A stretch of DNA of 64,000 nt. It comes from a virus. The DNA lies in the IMG/VR virus record IMGVR_UViG_3300037882_002578, positions 1 to 64,000 of that record; one strand, 5' to 3'. Position numbers and translations under genes: made by a program. A model generated the notes under the pieces. The model had not been told where the DNA came from, did not search any database, and was given only the letters and a program-made list of their open reading frames with translations. How positions within the stretch are numbered: position 1 is the stretch's first letter; each line of letters opens with the position of its first letter. Below, in pieces: positions 38,780 through 49,421 of this stretch.

Positions 38780-40747
38780 ATGAGTTTAAACAAAGGACAA
38801 GACAGAATATTCAACTTAATTGATGGAAATGTCTTAACATCAGGAGGTACATTAAACCTTGCAAATGGTCAATTGGCTATTTTAGATTTGTCTTTACCTA
38901 ATACACAAAATGGTAGACGAGCAGTTAACAAATTTGATGGTAAACCAAAAGATACCAATTTTCAAATTAAAATGGGAGTAGCACCTTTAGCAGCTACACG
39001 TTCAATTACTGACAAGCCATACTCTTCTTTACCTTTCAAATTATCAGAGATAGTAGATTATAAAGTATTTGCTCCAAAAGCAAAAGGGATTAAGAATGAC
39101 TCTTTTATTATAGGGTACAATGGTAAAGCAGGAACAGAGATAAAACTTTCTAAAAACAATTCAGATGTAATTGATTTCACTTTGTCTGGGGATGCTATTG
39201 GAGCTTTAGGTTATCAAGATAGCTCAGTAAGAGTTAGTTTATATTTAGAGTACCCTTACGTAGATGAGGATGGTTTAGACTTAAAAACAGGTCTTGTACC
39301 AACTATGCAAGAGATTGTAGAAAATGCAATTGACGTAGCTAAAAGAATGACTTTGATGGGCGGCGTATCAATTTTAGATTACATTGATATCTCTCCAGTA
39401 AATTCTTTGTCGCCTAGTGCTCAAGACCTTGTAGACGATGTATCTTACAGAACTTTTAGTTTGACTTTAACCGATAAAGGAGACGAGACAGCTTTAGGAA
39501 GAGTACAAGCTCAGTATCCAAACTTTACTATATTAAAAGCGGATAGACTTGAAGATACTTCAACAGTATACACAATCCTTGCTCCAGCAGCAACTGTATT
39601 AGCAGATTTCACAACAACGACTCCATCTTACATAAAAGGATGTGAAGATTGTGTAGCAGGATACACAGAAGCAGTAGAAGGTATTATTTATTCCATTTCA
39701 ATTGAAAATGACGGAGTAGACGTAACTACTACTATTGACAATGTTCCAGGATTTGTTACAGGTTCAGTTTTGAAACAATCTCAAATTGACGGAGTAGCAA
39801 TTTATACAGTAGTTGTAAATGATGCTCTAACAGAGGCAGAAATAACAACATTTAAAGCTACAGATGCGGTAAGCTCTACAGCAGTGTTCACTTTAATAGG
39901 AGAGGCTTCATCAGTTTGCGAAAGTTCAACTACAACTTCAAAAGCTTGGATACCAGGAGAAACTTGCAGTGCTATTCCAGAAACTTATACTATAACTCTT
40001 GCAGATGACGAATGCGGAGAGAATAAATTAGATAAATTACAAAAAGCTTACCCTAATTTAGTAATTACAACAGGCATGGGTAGTTCAGCTTTATGTCAAA
40101 CAACTTATACTACAACGGTTTTATCTAACATAGTTTGTGAAGACTGTTCAGCCGAGTTTAGAGATTTATTTGTAACAGAAGCTCCACAAGAGTTTGAAAG
40201 AGTTGCTTGGGAAAAACCTGCAAAAGTTTACTACCCTTTAGCTAAAATGGGTATCAAAATCACAGGTAAAGATTTTATAATGAGTGGTTCAGAAGAGTAT
40301 AGAGACGACATACCTTTCTACGCAACTTCAACTAGAATCAGTATTGCAGGTGGTTACACTACTATGATTAGTGAAAACTTTATTGCAGGTACAGGAAGAT
40401 ATGCTGTAAAAATGCTTTCTATGGCAGAAGAGCCAGAAGCTTATGGAGGAATGTTGAGAGACCAAGAAGAGCGTTCAAGAATCTATTTTGATGGAACTCA
40501 TAGACTAGAAGGTAACAATTACGGTAAATTTGTTATGGGTCAAGAAACAAGATTAAAAGGTTTAGTTCAATACGTTGATTACGCTTTAACAGTTAATGTT
40601 AAAACCCCGATAATGAACTTAGGTACTGGTAACGAAAAAATCACTTATATTATAAGAGTTGAAGTAGGGTATCATCAAGCAGTAGAAAATTTACTTAACT
40701 CTTTAGCAACTGCCGCTGGACTATCAGCACAAGTAGCTTACGCATAA
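38780..40747 (+). CDS. abundant structural protein (auxiliary capsid or tail)
   Basis: 655 aa, biased codons, followed by terminator. Confidence 0.6.
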   Translation: MSLNKGQDRIFNLIDGNVLTSGGTLNLANGQLAILDLSLPNTQNGRRAVNKFDGKPKDTNFQIKMGVAPLAATRSITDKPYSSLPFKLSEIVDYKVFAPKAKGIKNDSFIIGYNGKAGTEIKLSKNNSDVIDFTLSGDAIGALGYQDSSVRVSLYLEYPYVDEDGLDLKTGLVPTMQEIVENAIDVAKRMTLMGGVSILDYIDISPVNSLSPSAQDLVDDVSYRTFSLTLTDKGDETALGRVQAQYPNFTILKADRLEDTSTVYTILAPAATVLADFTTTTPSYIKGCEDCVAGYTEAVEGIIYSISIENDGVDVTTTIDNVPGFVTGSVLKQSQIDGVAIYTVVVNDALTEAEITTFKATDAVSSTAVFTLIGEASSVCESSTTTSKAWIPGETCSAIPETYTITLADDECGENKLDKLQKAYPNLVITTGMGSSALCQTTYTTTVLSNIVCEDCSAEFRDLFVTEAPQEFERVAWEKPAKVYYPLAKMGIKITGKDFIMSGSEEYRDDIPFYATSTRISIAGGYTTMISENFIAGTGRYAVKMLSMAEEPEAYGGMLRDQEERSRIYFDGTHRLEGNNYGKFVMGQETRLKGLVQYVDYALTVNVKTPIMNLGTGNEKITYIIRVEVGYHQAVENLLNSLATAAGLSAQVAYA

Positions 40748-40770
40748 GTAAGAAGTTTATTAACTCAATA

Positions 40771-40803
40771 AAGGAGAGAGAACAAACCCTCTCTCCTTTT
40801 TTA
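40771..40803 (+). terminator. intrinsic terminator
   Basis: AAAGGAGAGAG-AACAAACC-CTCTCTCCTTT plus T-tract. Confidence 0.8.
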
Positions 40804-40820
40804 TAAATCTTTGATTATAT

Positions 40821-41252
40821 ATGCAAGTTTTACAATATTTAGAGAGTTTTTTAGTAGCTTTAGTAACTTTATTTGGAGGCTATGCTATAGGTATAAAAAA
40901 AAGAAGAATAGAAAATAAAAAAGAATCTGCAATTGCAGAACAAGAAGAAGTAAAAATAAAGAAAGAAAAAGTAGAGCTTTCTGAATTAATTCAAGAAGTT
41001 TACGAAAAAACTATAAGTACTTTTTCTAAGAGAATTGATGATTTAGAGAGGTCAAATGATGACTTACTTAGAAAATATAATGATATACTTTTAAGAAATG
41101 CTATTTTAGAAGAGAGAGCAGAAGCTTACGAACAAAAGTATAAAAACTTAGAAAAAGAACACACTAAGCTAAAGTCCGACAACTACAAACTTCACAAAGA
41201 AAATATTGAAATTAGAAAAGAACTGGAAGAGTTAAAAAATCCTTTAGCATGA
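40821..41252 (+). CDS. holin-like membrane protein with coiled coil
   Basis: N-terminal TM helix, lysis cluster. Confidence 0.55.
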   Translation: MQVLQYLESFLVALVTLFGGYAIGIKKRRIENKKESAIAEQEEVKIKKEKVELSELIQEVYEKTISTFSKRIDDLERSNDDLLRKYNDILLRNAILEERAEAYEQKYKNLEKEHTKLKSDNYKLHKENIEIRKELEELKNPLA

Positions 41253-41500
41253 AAAAGATATTTGATGACACTTTAAAGACTAATGGTAAATGGAATAGGC
41301 AAGCACTTACATTTTTTGCTTCTTTTACTATTTCAGTCATATTAGGTTCTACCTTAACAGGACTAAGTTTCTTTTTAAATATAGTTACAAACCCTATAGC
41401 AGAAAATGTTTTTAACAGCTTTATAATGCTAACAGGTGTTATGAGTGGAACAAATATTTGGAATAAAATAGTAGACATAAAAAAAGCCGAAAAAGAGTAA
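41249..41500 (+). CDS. putative holin
   Basis: two TM segments, directly upstream of endolysin. Confidence 0.6.
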   Translation: MKKIFDDTLKTNGKWNRQALTFFASFTISVILGSTLTGLSFFLNIVTNPIAENVFNSFIMLTGVMSGTNIWNKIVDIKKAEKE

Positions 41501-42165
41501 TGAAACAGATAATAAAATTTCAAAAAGATAATGGATTAGTAGCCGATGGAGTAATCGGTATGAAAACCTTGTCTAAAATGAAAGATGTTTGGAAAAGAAG
41601 TTCTTTAGAAGAAGTAATACATTATCTAGGACAAGTTTATGTGGAATCAGATAAGTTCAATATAGAATTAGAAAATTTAAATTATTCCGCAAAAAGACTT
41701 TTAGAAGTTTTTAAAAGAAGATTTGATACCAACAGAGATAAGTGGTTAAGCTCTCAAGAGAAGGAAAAAGTAAAAGAACTTATAGGAAGTCCAATTAAGA
41801 TTGGAAGTTTTGTTTACGCCAATTTAAATGGTAATGGAAATGAAGCTTCACAAGAGGGATATATCTTCAGGGGGTCAGCAGGAATTCAGCTCACAGGAAA
41901 AATAAATTACGAAAGATTTTCTAAATGGATAGGAGCTAAAAAAACATTAACTGCGGAAGAAGTAGCTAAAGATTACTTTTGGGAAGCAGGATTATTTTTC
42001 TTTGGAGAGAATAAACTATGGAGATTTGCTAAAAAAGTGGATATTGATTCCATAACTAAATTAAGTAAAGCAATTAACCTTGGAAACCCTAACAGTCCTT
42101 ATCAACCAAATCACTTGAAAGAAAGAGTAGAAGCAACTTTAAACTTTAATAAAATAATAAAATGA
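41500..42165 (+). CDS. endolysin, PG-binding plus GH19 domain
   Basis: FQKDNGLVADGVIG, LGQVYVES, ENLNYSA, FRGSAGIQLTGKINY. Confidence 0.9.
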   Translation: MKQIIKFQKDNGLVADGVIGMKTLSKMKDVWKRSSLEEVIHYLGQVYVESDKFNIELENLNYSAKRLLEVFKRRFDTNRDKWLSSQEKEKVKELIGSPIKIGSFVYANLNGNGNEASQEGYIFRGSAGIQLTGKINYERFSKWIGAKKTLTAEEVAKDYFWEAGLFFFGENKLWRFAKKVDIDSITKLSKAINLGNPNSPYQPNHLKERVEATLNFNKIIK

Positions 42166-42311
42166 TAACAGAGATAATATTAGGTTTTTTATTTATAGCT
42201 TTTGGGGTAGTATTAATTTTAAATAATAAAAAAGTAAAAAAGAATGTTCCAAAAACTAACGCTACAGTTTTACCATTACCTCCAAAACCAGATAAAGGTA
42301 CTCCAAGGTAG
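42162..42311 (+). CDS. 49-aa membrane peptide with Pro-rich tail
   Basis: MITEIILGFLFIAFGVVLIL...PLPPKPDKGTPR, translated by hand; ATGA-type overlap with endolysin end. Confidence 0.45.
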   Translation: MITEIILGFLFIAFGVVLILNNKKVKKNVPKTNATVLPLPPKPDKGTPR

Positions 42312-42627
42312 TTTTTTAATAATATCTTTACTCCTTTTATTTTTTTGTAGAAGCATCAGTGGATATTTTGCTAATTATGATACTAATTATTGGTTTGACT
42401 ACTTTTTAATAACAGAAAGACTTTCTACAATTTTTTTACTTTTAGCTGGATATAAATATCTTAAAAATGTCTGTTGGATAGCTTATGAGATGCTTTTAAT
42501 ATTTTTGATTCAAGATTTCATAGACAGAGTTTTTTACGATATCACTTATTGGGGAATCAATGACACAATAGCAATTTTTATAATAATTTTTCAATATTTA
42601 ATAAGACTTTACAATGATAAAAAATAA
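42244..42627 (+). CDS. multi-pass membrane protein
   Basis: several hydrophobic helices; start uncertain. Confidence 0.6.
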   Translation: MFQKLTLQFYHYLQNQIKVLQGSFLIISLLLLFFCRSISGYFANYDTNYWFDYFLITERLSTIFLLLAGYKYLKNVCWIAYEMLLIFLIQDFIDRVFYDITYWGINDTIAIFIIIFQYLIRLYNDKK

Positions 42628-43249
42628 TTACAAAATAATCCCTTATCTAGTTATTATAGGATTACTAGTTTATATATTTATATTACCTGAAACAAAACAA
42701 AATAAAACTCTCACTCAAAAAGTAATCATCCCAGAAAAAAAAGGAGAAATTAAAAACCCTGTAGTTATAATAAAACATAAAGGAATAAAAGACAGTATTA
42801 TTTGGAGAGATAAAATAATAAGAACTGAGAACCCTGTCAATAAAAAATTAGCAAAAGACTTCATACTGTCTCAAAAAGAGAATGATTCTTTAAAAAGCTT
42901 AAAACTATACTTAGACGCTATCGAAGAAGTAGATGGAACTTACGTATTTAATGATAAATATTTAAATATCGAACTAACTACAAAAACTAGAGGAGAAATA
43001 CTTAAAATATCCTCTAAATATACAATAAAAGAACGAGAAGAAATTGTACAAGTAAAACAAAAAGAAACTGTTTTTGCAATATATGCAGGAGCAGGATTAA
43101 ATACGACAACTACTCTAGAAAAATTAACTCCAGAAGTTAATCTAGGATTTCAAAATAAAAAGGGAGACATCATAACCTTTAAATATGGTATAACAGATAA
43201 ATCAGTAGGAGTAGGATACTCTTTAAGAATATTAAACTATAAAAAATAA
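42614..43249 (+). CDS. spanin-like membrane-anchored protein
   Basis: N-terminal TM helix, C-terminal beta-strands (VGVGYSLRI). Confidence 0.5.
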   Translation: MIKNNYKIIPYLVIIGLLVYIFILPETKQNKTLTQKVIIPEKKGEIKNPVVIIKHKGIKDSIIWRDKIIRTENPVNKKLAKDFILSQKENDSLKSLKLYLDAIEEVDGTYVFNDKYLNIELTTKTRGEILKISSKYTIKEREEIVQVKQKETVFAIYAGAGLNTTTTLEKLTPEVNLGFQNKKGDIITFKYGITDKSVGVGYSLRILNYKK

Positions 43250-43254
43250 AATAA

Positions 43255-44298
43255 ATGAGTTGTAAATTAAATTGGTATAACTTACCTAAAGAAATAAATA
43301 AAATTATAAAACCTTATACAAACATAAAAGTATATTGGTACAACTTGCCAATGTCTCTTGATAAAGTTTATAAAGAGATACTTTTTTTAAAACCTTCTTG
43401 TAACTCAACTAAAAAGTTTCAATGGTTTTCTTTAAACAAAAAAGCAGAAATAATTTGCGAATTAGTAGATTGTTTAAGTACAAATGAAATAAATTTTGAT
43501 GTAACTTCATTCGATTGGGGAAGTATTGTAGACGCTAATAGTCTTAAGATAGCTTTAGAGATGCAGTCAGGAGAAACTACAAATACAATATCTAATTTTA
43601 GTTTAATTGGAGGTAGACTAAGATGTAACGTAACCAATATAATAGAAATGTACTTGAATTCTTTTAATATTATAAATGTAAAAGAAATAAGTATTGCAGG
43701 ATTAACTCGTTTAGGCTTACAAAGTAACCAAATAGTCACATTTAACCCGACAGTTCCTTTACCTTCAAGCTTAACACATTTAGATTTATCTATTAACCAA
43801 ATAATTACATTTAATCCAAATATACCTTTACCTTCAAGTTTAATAAGTTTAGGATTAAACAGTAACCAAATAGTCGCGTTTAATCCAACAATTCCTCTAC
43901 CTTCAAGTTTACAATTTTTAAGGTTAGGTAACAACCAAATAACTAATTTTAACCCAACAATTCCTTTACCTTCAAATTTACAGACTTTACAACTAGGCGA
44001 AAATCAAATAATTACATTTAATCCAACAATTCCTTTACCTTCAAATTTACAGACTTTAGAACTAGACATTAACCAAATAGTCGCGTTTAATCCAACAATT
44101 CCTCTACCTTCAAGTTTACAAGAATTAAATTTACAAAGCAATCAAATGACAACACAAGGTTATGTAAATAGTGAGCCTTGGGCAAACTCCATGAGTATAG
44201 GTACAGGTATTATTAGATTTAACAATAACACTAACTCTGCTTCAGGTACAAATTTAGTATCTATATTGCAATCTAAAGGATACACAGTAATCGTATAG
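43255..44298 (+). CDS. leucine-rich repeat protein
   Basis: 23-aa repeats NQIxxFNPTIPLPSxLxxLxLxx. Confidence 0.9.
   Translation: MSCKLNWYNLPKEINKIIKPYTNIKVYWYNLPMSLDKVYKEILFLKPSCNSTKKFQWFSLNKKAEIICELVDCLSTNEINFDVTSFDWGSIVDANSLKIALEMQSGETTNTISNFSLIGGRLRCNVTNIIEMYLNSFNIINVKEISIAGLTRLGLQSNQIVTFNPTVPLPSSLTHLDLSINQIITFNPNIPLPSSLISLGLNSNQIVAFNPTIPLPSSLQFLRLGNNQITNFNPTIPLPSNLQTLQLGENQIITFNPTIPLPSNLQTLELDINQIVAFNPTIPLPSSLQELNLQSNQMTTQGYVNSEPWANSMSIGTGIIRFNNNTNSASGTNLVSILQSKGYTVIV
43726..44150 (+). repeat. six 69-bp tandem LRR-coding units plus a partial seventh
   Basis: unit starts at 43726, 43795, 43864, 43933, 44002, 44071, 44140. Confidence 0.9.
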
Positions 44299-44307
44299 CT
44301 TTATAAA

Positions 44308-44850
44308 ATGGAAATAAAAAAAATAAACATAGATTTTGAAGTTATACCAACAAACAATCCAAAGAGACTTTGGATAACAGATTGTAGCGATTGGAGTGTA
44401 GCAGAAAATAAAGCTTCAATAATATCTATAACACCTCCTGGAAGTAATACACCTATAAACAATACTTTTGTAAAACATAATTTAAATGTTTTCCATAGCG
44501 TAAATTTATTATTAAGTTGTTTGTCTGAATGTAAAGAACAAGAATATGAAGACTTGCCTGATGGAGTATACACTATAAAACTCCATTCAGCGTACACAGA
44601 TATAGATAAAACAAGATACTTCTTAAAGACAGACCTAACACAATTAAGTTTAGACCAAGTTTATATTAAGTCTGGACTAGAGTATGATAAAAATAATAAA
44701 AGTTTTAGAGAAGATTTACAAGACATAGAATTTTTAATAAGAACTGCTTCGGCACATGCAAGAAACTCTGATACTTTTAAATCTAACAGGGATTTTAGTT
44801 TAGCTCAAGAATTATTAGCTAAGTATATTTCATGTAAGGACTGCATATAA
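44308..44850 (+). CDS. structural protein (tail hub-like)
   Basis: DLPDGVYTIK motif, tail module. Confidence 0.55.
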   Translation: MEIKKINIDFEVIPTNNPKRLWITDCSDWSVAENKASIISITPPGSNTPINNTFVKHNLNVFHSVNLLLSCLSECKEQEYEDLPDGVYTIKLHSAYTDIDKTRYFLKTDLTQLSLDQVYIKSGLEYDKNNKSFREDLQDIEFLIRTASAHARNSDTFKSNRDFSLAQELLAKYISCKDCI

Positions 44851-44864
44851 AAACTAACAATATA

Positions 44865-45221
44865 ATGTCAACACAATCAATTTTAGAATTAAATAAAGAT
44901 TCTTATTTTAATAAAGTCGAGGACAAATTACTTTGCTTATCTGACAGTTATTTTTACAAAAGAAAATTTTTACTAGGAGAAGGAGTAAACAGAGATGAGC
45001 TTAGTTTTAATATGACATTTCATAGGATATTAAATTCAAAAGAGTGTACTATAAATAATTATATAAAAAATAAAATTGAGGGTAAACTACAAGAACGTAA
45101 AGTTAAAAAAAGAAAAAGTTTTCAAAAAAACCTACATAAATACAGTGAACTTATGGATTGCACAGAACAAGAGGCTTTAAATATAGTCTGCAAAGACGTA
45201 TGGACTAACATAGAGTGGTAA
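44865..45221 (+). CDS. hypothetical tail-region protein
   Basis: 118-aa ORF. Confidence 0.6.
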   Translation: MSTQSILELNKDSYFNKVEDKLLCLSDSYFYKRKFLLGEGVNRDELSFNMTFHRILNSKECTINNYIKNKIEGKLQERKVKKRKSFQKNLHKYSELMDCTEQEALNIVCKDVWTNIEW

Positions 45222-45228
45222 AGTTATA

Positions 45229-45930
45229 ATGAAAATCAATAAAATAAACCATTATAAAGTTTTAAACTTACAAGGTACTTTAGAACCTAATTCGGTATAC
45301 TACGTCTTAGACTCTATAAAAGACAAAGTAAAGACATACATAACCGACTTATCTGGAATACCAATACCGTTAATAGATTTAACAACAGAAAGTATATTAA
45401 AATCTGTAACAGGAACTGCGGAAAATCCAGAAATAAATATTGAAAACTTTGTAAGTACTGAAACAAGCAATTTATTAAAGGTGTCTTTACAAGACGGTAA
45501 GTTAAAAATAGATAATGTTCTGCAACTTAAAGATGTAAACATAATAGAAAAAGTATCTGCTGAAAACATACCAAGCTACACTCCTGTAGTAATAATTAAT
45601 AATCAAGCCTATAAGTTTGATGCCTCAAACATTAATCATCAGTTTGCTTTTTCAGGTTTTTCAAAAAATGGTACTTCCGCAGGTCAAATGTGTTCAATAC
45701 AATACCAAGGAGAGCTTACACTTGTAGGGTGGGGTTTAATACCAAGTACACAATATTTAGCAGATGTATCGGGTATGATAACAATTGATAATACCAATTC
45801 AAACAACTTTACAAAAGTTTTAGGATACGCAATAAGCGAAGATACATTACAAATAATAAAAGATTATACAACAATAAATAAAAATTATGGCACAGTATCC
45901 AGACGGAGTAAAATTCTTAATTACTTCTAG
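45229..45930 (+). CDS. structural protein with cement/fibre-like C-terminal domain
   Basis: ENIPSYTPV...GQMCSIQYQG...VLGYAIS. Confidence 0.55.
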   Translation: MKINKINHYKVLNLQGTLEPNSVYYVLDSIKDKVKTYITDLSGIPIPLIDLTTESILKSVTGTAENPEINIENFVSTETSNLLKVSLQDGKLKIDNVLQLKDVNIIEKVSAENIPSYTPVVIINNQAYKFDASNINHQFAFSGFSKNGTSAGQMCSIQYQGELTLVGWGLIPSTQYLADVSGMITIDNTNSNNFTKVLGYAISEDTLQIIKDYTTINKNYGTVSRRSKILNYF

Positions 45931-46150
45931 AAATGAAAATCAAAACAAAGGACAAGTAGAAGCAGAATTTATTGTTGATTCAGTAAATGAGTATTATGAA
46001 GGAAATGTACAAGAAGACGCAAATAATTTATATCAAGAGTTAATTGCTACTTATAATCAAAATGCTACAAAAGAATTCTATTTAGAAAAATGTATTACAT
46101 ATCAATATGAAATAAGACCTGTGCCTTCGGCTAGAAGAATTACTAAGTAA
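45887..46150 (+). CDS. hypothetical protein
   Basis: 87-aa ORF. Confidence 0.6.
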   Translation: MAQYPDGVKFLITSRNENQNKGQVEAEFIVDSVNEYYEGNVQEDANNLYQELIATYNQNATKEFYLEKCITYQYEIRPVPSARRITK

Positions 46151-46166
46151 CTTAATACATTATAAA

Positions 46167-46490
46167 ATGAAAGATTGTAATAAAGTAAAACACACTTGTG
46201 GAAGTATAAAAGGATTCGCAACATGTATAAAGTATGAAAAAGAAGTTCCCCAGTTTTCGGAGTTATTCGGAAATGATTGTAAAGATTTAGAGCAAGTAGT
46301 AGAAGATTTATATAATATTGTTAACAAAATAAAACAAGACACAGATGTAACTGGACTGTTAAATAGTTGTATAACATTTACAACTCCAAAAATAAACAAC
46401 TCAGTTATAGAGCAAATGTATATAAAAATATGTGAAATGCAAGCACAAATAACAGCACAAGGATTATTAATAGCATCTTTACAAGAATAA
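46167..46490 (+). CDS. Cys-rich tail fibre-associated protein
   Basis: multiple Cys plus coiled coil. Confidence 0.55.
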   Translation: MKDCNKVKHTCGSIKGFATCIKYEKEVPQFSELFGNDCKDLEQVVEDLYNIVNKIKQDTDVTGLLNSCITFTTPKINNSVIEQMYIKICEMQAQITAQGLLIASLQE

Positions 46491-46508
46491 ACTTAAATTA
46501 ATCAAATT

Positions 46509-47366
46509 ATGCAAAAATATAAAGTTTACAAAAAAGGAAATTACATCTACTTTGAGTATACAGATTCAGCAGGGAAAGTAATTAAAAAAAGATATTCTGC
46601 TCTTGAATTAACTTATTCAAAAGAGGAGTTATTTTTTAATGTTTATCACAAAACAAAAGGAAGCTTATTAAATTTAGAATTTGCTTCAAGTTCTGACGAA
46701 GCGGGGGCAACATATACTGAAGCTCAATTAGAAAATTTCTTAAACGAAAATACGGGTTTTAATACAGCACCAGGAGGTAGTGGTGCAGGAGTTACAAGTG
46801 TTTCTGGAAAGACAGGAGTAGTAACTCTTACGAAAAATGACGTAGGTTTAGCCAATGTAGATAATACTAGCGATGCAAACAAACCAGTTTCACTAGCAAC
46901 ACAAACGGCATTAGATTCAAAAGTACCTTCTGCTTTGTTAGGGGTCATAAGCGGAATAGCTACACTTGGAGCAGATTCAAAACTATTAACGTCACAAATC
47001 CCTGACTCAATTATAGCTGGTTTAAAATGGCAAGGGACTTGGAATGTCGCAACAAATACACCTGATGTTCCGTCAGCTTTAGCTTTAAACAATGGATTTT
47101 TTTACAAAGTAAACGTAGTTGGTACAAGTTCAATAACAGGTTCAAGTATAACTTATAGTCTTGGAGATTGGCTTATAAGTAATGGTACAGTATGGCAACA
47201 TGTACCTAATGTAAATACTGTAAATAGTTTCAAAGGGAGAGTAGGAGATGTAATACCATCTACGGGAGATTATAATCAAAAACAAATCAAAACTATTCAC
47301 GACAATACTTTAGTTGAGGGTTGGTTTGGAGTTGATAATACAGGAATATATTTTGAAACAGTATAA
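46509..47366 (+). CDS. tail fibre protein
   Basis: DVGLANVDNTSDANKPVSLATQ fibre repeat motif, GDWLISNG. Confidence 0.75.
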   Translation: MQKYKVYKKGNYIYFEYTDSAGKVIKKRYSALELTYSKEELFFNVYHKTKGSLLNLEFASSSDEAGATYTEAQLENFLNENTGFNTAPGGSGAGVTSVSGKTGVVTLTKNDVGLANVDNTSDANKPVSLATQTALDSKVPSALLGVISGIATLGADSKLLTSQIPDSIIAGLKWQGTWNVATNTPDVPSALALNNGFFYKVNVVGTSSITGSSITYSLGDWLISNGTVWQHVPNVNTVNSFKGRVGDVIPSTGDYNQKQIKTIHDNTLVEGWFGVDNTGIYFETV

Positions 47367-47384
47367 TAAAAATAAACTTTAATT

Positions 47385-48566
47385 ATGTCAAAAACATATT
47401 TAGCAACAAAACAAGAACTTACGACAGTAAATAATTCAGTTGTTATCTTATATGGGTTAGTTGAACAGAAATATACGGCGGCAGAAAAAACTAAATTAGA
47501 AAACCTTACAGATAATTTTAAAGGGTTGTTTGTAGATTCAGTAGCTCGTGGTTTAGCAGTGGCAGTACCTCAGTCTGGAAACTATGTGCTACAACAAGAT
47601 ACAAATACTGTATGGTACTATAATGGCACAACTTGGGTAGATACTGGAGTAGCTTCTTCAGGAGATATGCTTAAAGCAGTCTATGACCCAACAAATAAGC
47701 AGGTTGACGCTTTTAGTATGGGTAACATGGTCGAAACTTCAGGTAAAAAGATACTTACAGCCGTTGAACGAACTAAGTTGGGACAGTATAGAGGGCATGT
47801 CGCAAATTCTACTGAGATGATTTTGCTAATTGCACCAACTGAGGGGCATTTCTGTACAAGAGCTGATACAGGTAGTATATGGATTTACAATAACTTTGCA
47901 TGGGCGAATACTTTAAGCGCATCTAGTACTTTTGGAGATACCAAGTTTAATTATCAAACAACTGACCACGGCGGTTGGTATGTATTAAATGGACGTTCAG
48001 TGTCGACACTATCAGCTACCGCACAAGCAGCATCTATTAGCTTAGGATGGGGTTCTTTTATTCCTGATACACAAGGAAAATTTCCTTTGGCAGCGAGTTC
48101 TTCAATAATTACAGGAACTAATGGAGGAAGTAATACTATTGCTAGAGCTAACTTACCTAACTTCACTTTATCAGGTAATACAGGAAATGAATCTGCATCA
48201 CATACACACACGACAGCAGCTTATACCATATCTGAAACTACAGACAGTGAGTACGCTACTAGTAGTTTAAGACCAAGTACTTTTGCATTTGCAAGTACAA
48301 GCACAGTATTCCGTGACAACGGAAGTACATTAGCTGGTACTGACCAATCTTATGCTGCGTTAAACGCACCAGACAGAGATATTGACGGTATAAATACATT
48401 GCATAGCCACACAATGACAATTAACGTTCCATCAAGAACCTCTGGCGCAAATAACTCTAACCATACTCACGCATATACAACATCAAGTATTAACGGTGGT
48501 GTAACTCAAACTACATTCATGCCATCTTTCTCAGCTAAGACAGAATTTGTATACTTAGGATTATAG
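47385..48566 (+). CDS. tail fibre with collar-like domain
   Basis: GDTKF...HGGWYVLNGR, IPDTQGKF, NLPN, SHTH/HSHT repeats. Confidence 0.75.
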   Translation: MSKTYLATKQELTTVNNSVVILYGLVEQKYTAAEKTKLENLTDNFKGLFVDSVARGLAVAVPQSGNYVLQQDTNTVWYYNGTTWVDTGVASSGDMLKAVYDPTNKQVDAFSMGNMVETSGKKILTAVERTKLGQYRGHVANSTEMILLIAPTEGHFCTRADTGSIWIYNNFAWANTLSASSTFGDTKFNYQTTDHGGWYVLNGRSVSTLSATAQAASISLGWGSFIPDTQGKFPLAASSSIITGTNGGSNTIARANLPNFTLSGNTGNESASHTHTTAAYTISETTDSEYATSSLRPSTFAFASTSTVFRDNGSTLAGTDQSYAALNAPDRDIDGINTLHSHTMTINVPSRTSGANNSNHTHAYTTSSINGGVTQTTFMPSFSAKTEFVYLGL

Positions 48567-48751
48567 TAAAAACCAAAGCCTTAAACTATGGGGGGTTTAT
48601 CTATTGAGTGGCTTAAGAAGCTGCTGCTGGTATGCCTCAGATTGTTCATCTTCAATCTCCATCCGTGAAATAACATAAACAATTATCACACAACTAGATA
48701 AAATCATCATTAACAAGAACAAGTAGTAATAAATTCACAATAAACAATATA

Positions 48752-49411
48752 ATGGAAGAGTGTAACACAGGAATAACAATAACAAAAACAGCAGAAGAGT
48801 GTGATGGTAACTACATAAGCACTAATTGCATATCCTCTCCAAACGCTATAACCTATTTAGACCTCTCAGCAGGAGCTAGTCAAACTCAAGTAAACGCAGC
48901 TATAACTTCTGCTTTAATGAGAAAAGACGAACAAATAAGTGAAATACCAATAGCAAATGGAAGTGAAACTAAAATAATTGCAGGAGAAGGTATAACTATC
49001 ACAGGAACAGGAACAAATACAAACAATTATATTATATCATCAACAGGAGGAAGTCCACAAAACTTACAAAAAACAGTATTACAAAAAACAGGCATATATA
49101 ATTTAGTTGCAGAGGACATAAATAAAAGTATAATTATTGACAACACTTTAACAGAAGAAGAGGCAGAGACTGAGGATATATTTACAGTTAGTATAGGATT
49201 ACCTTTAGGAGTACCTAACGGATTTAAAAGTAAAATATTAAAAACAGGAAGTAGAAATACAGAACTCGTATTTTTACCTTTAATAAGAACACGCATAACT
49301 GATATTAGAATTAATAAAGTGTCAAGTAATTATGAATGGATAAACATAGAAAAAGTAGATAACACAGATAATTTTATTATCAACGGAGAATTAGATTTTT
49401 TACCAGTATAA
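48752..49411 (+). CDS. tail fibre-like structural protein
   Basis: Cys-containing N-terminus, AGEGITITG repeat. Confidence 0.6.
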   Translation: MEECNTGITITKTAEECDGNYISTNCISSPNAITYLDLSAGASQTQVNAAITSALMRKDEQISEIPIANGSETKIIAGEGITITGTGTNTNNYIISSTGGSPQNLQKTVLQKTGIYNLVAEDINKSIIIDNTLTEEEAETEDIFTVSIGLPLGVPNGFKSKILKTGSRNTELVFLPLIRTRITDIRINKVSSNYEWINIEKVDNTDNFIINGELDFLPV

Positions 49412-49421
49412 CTTTATAAAA

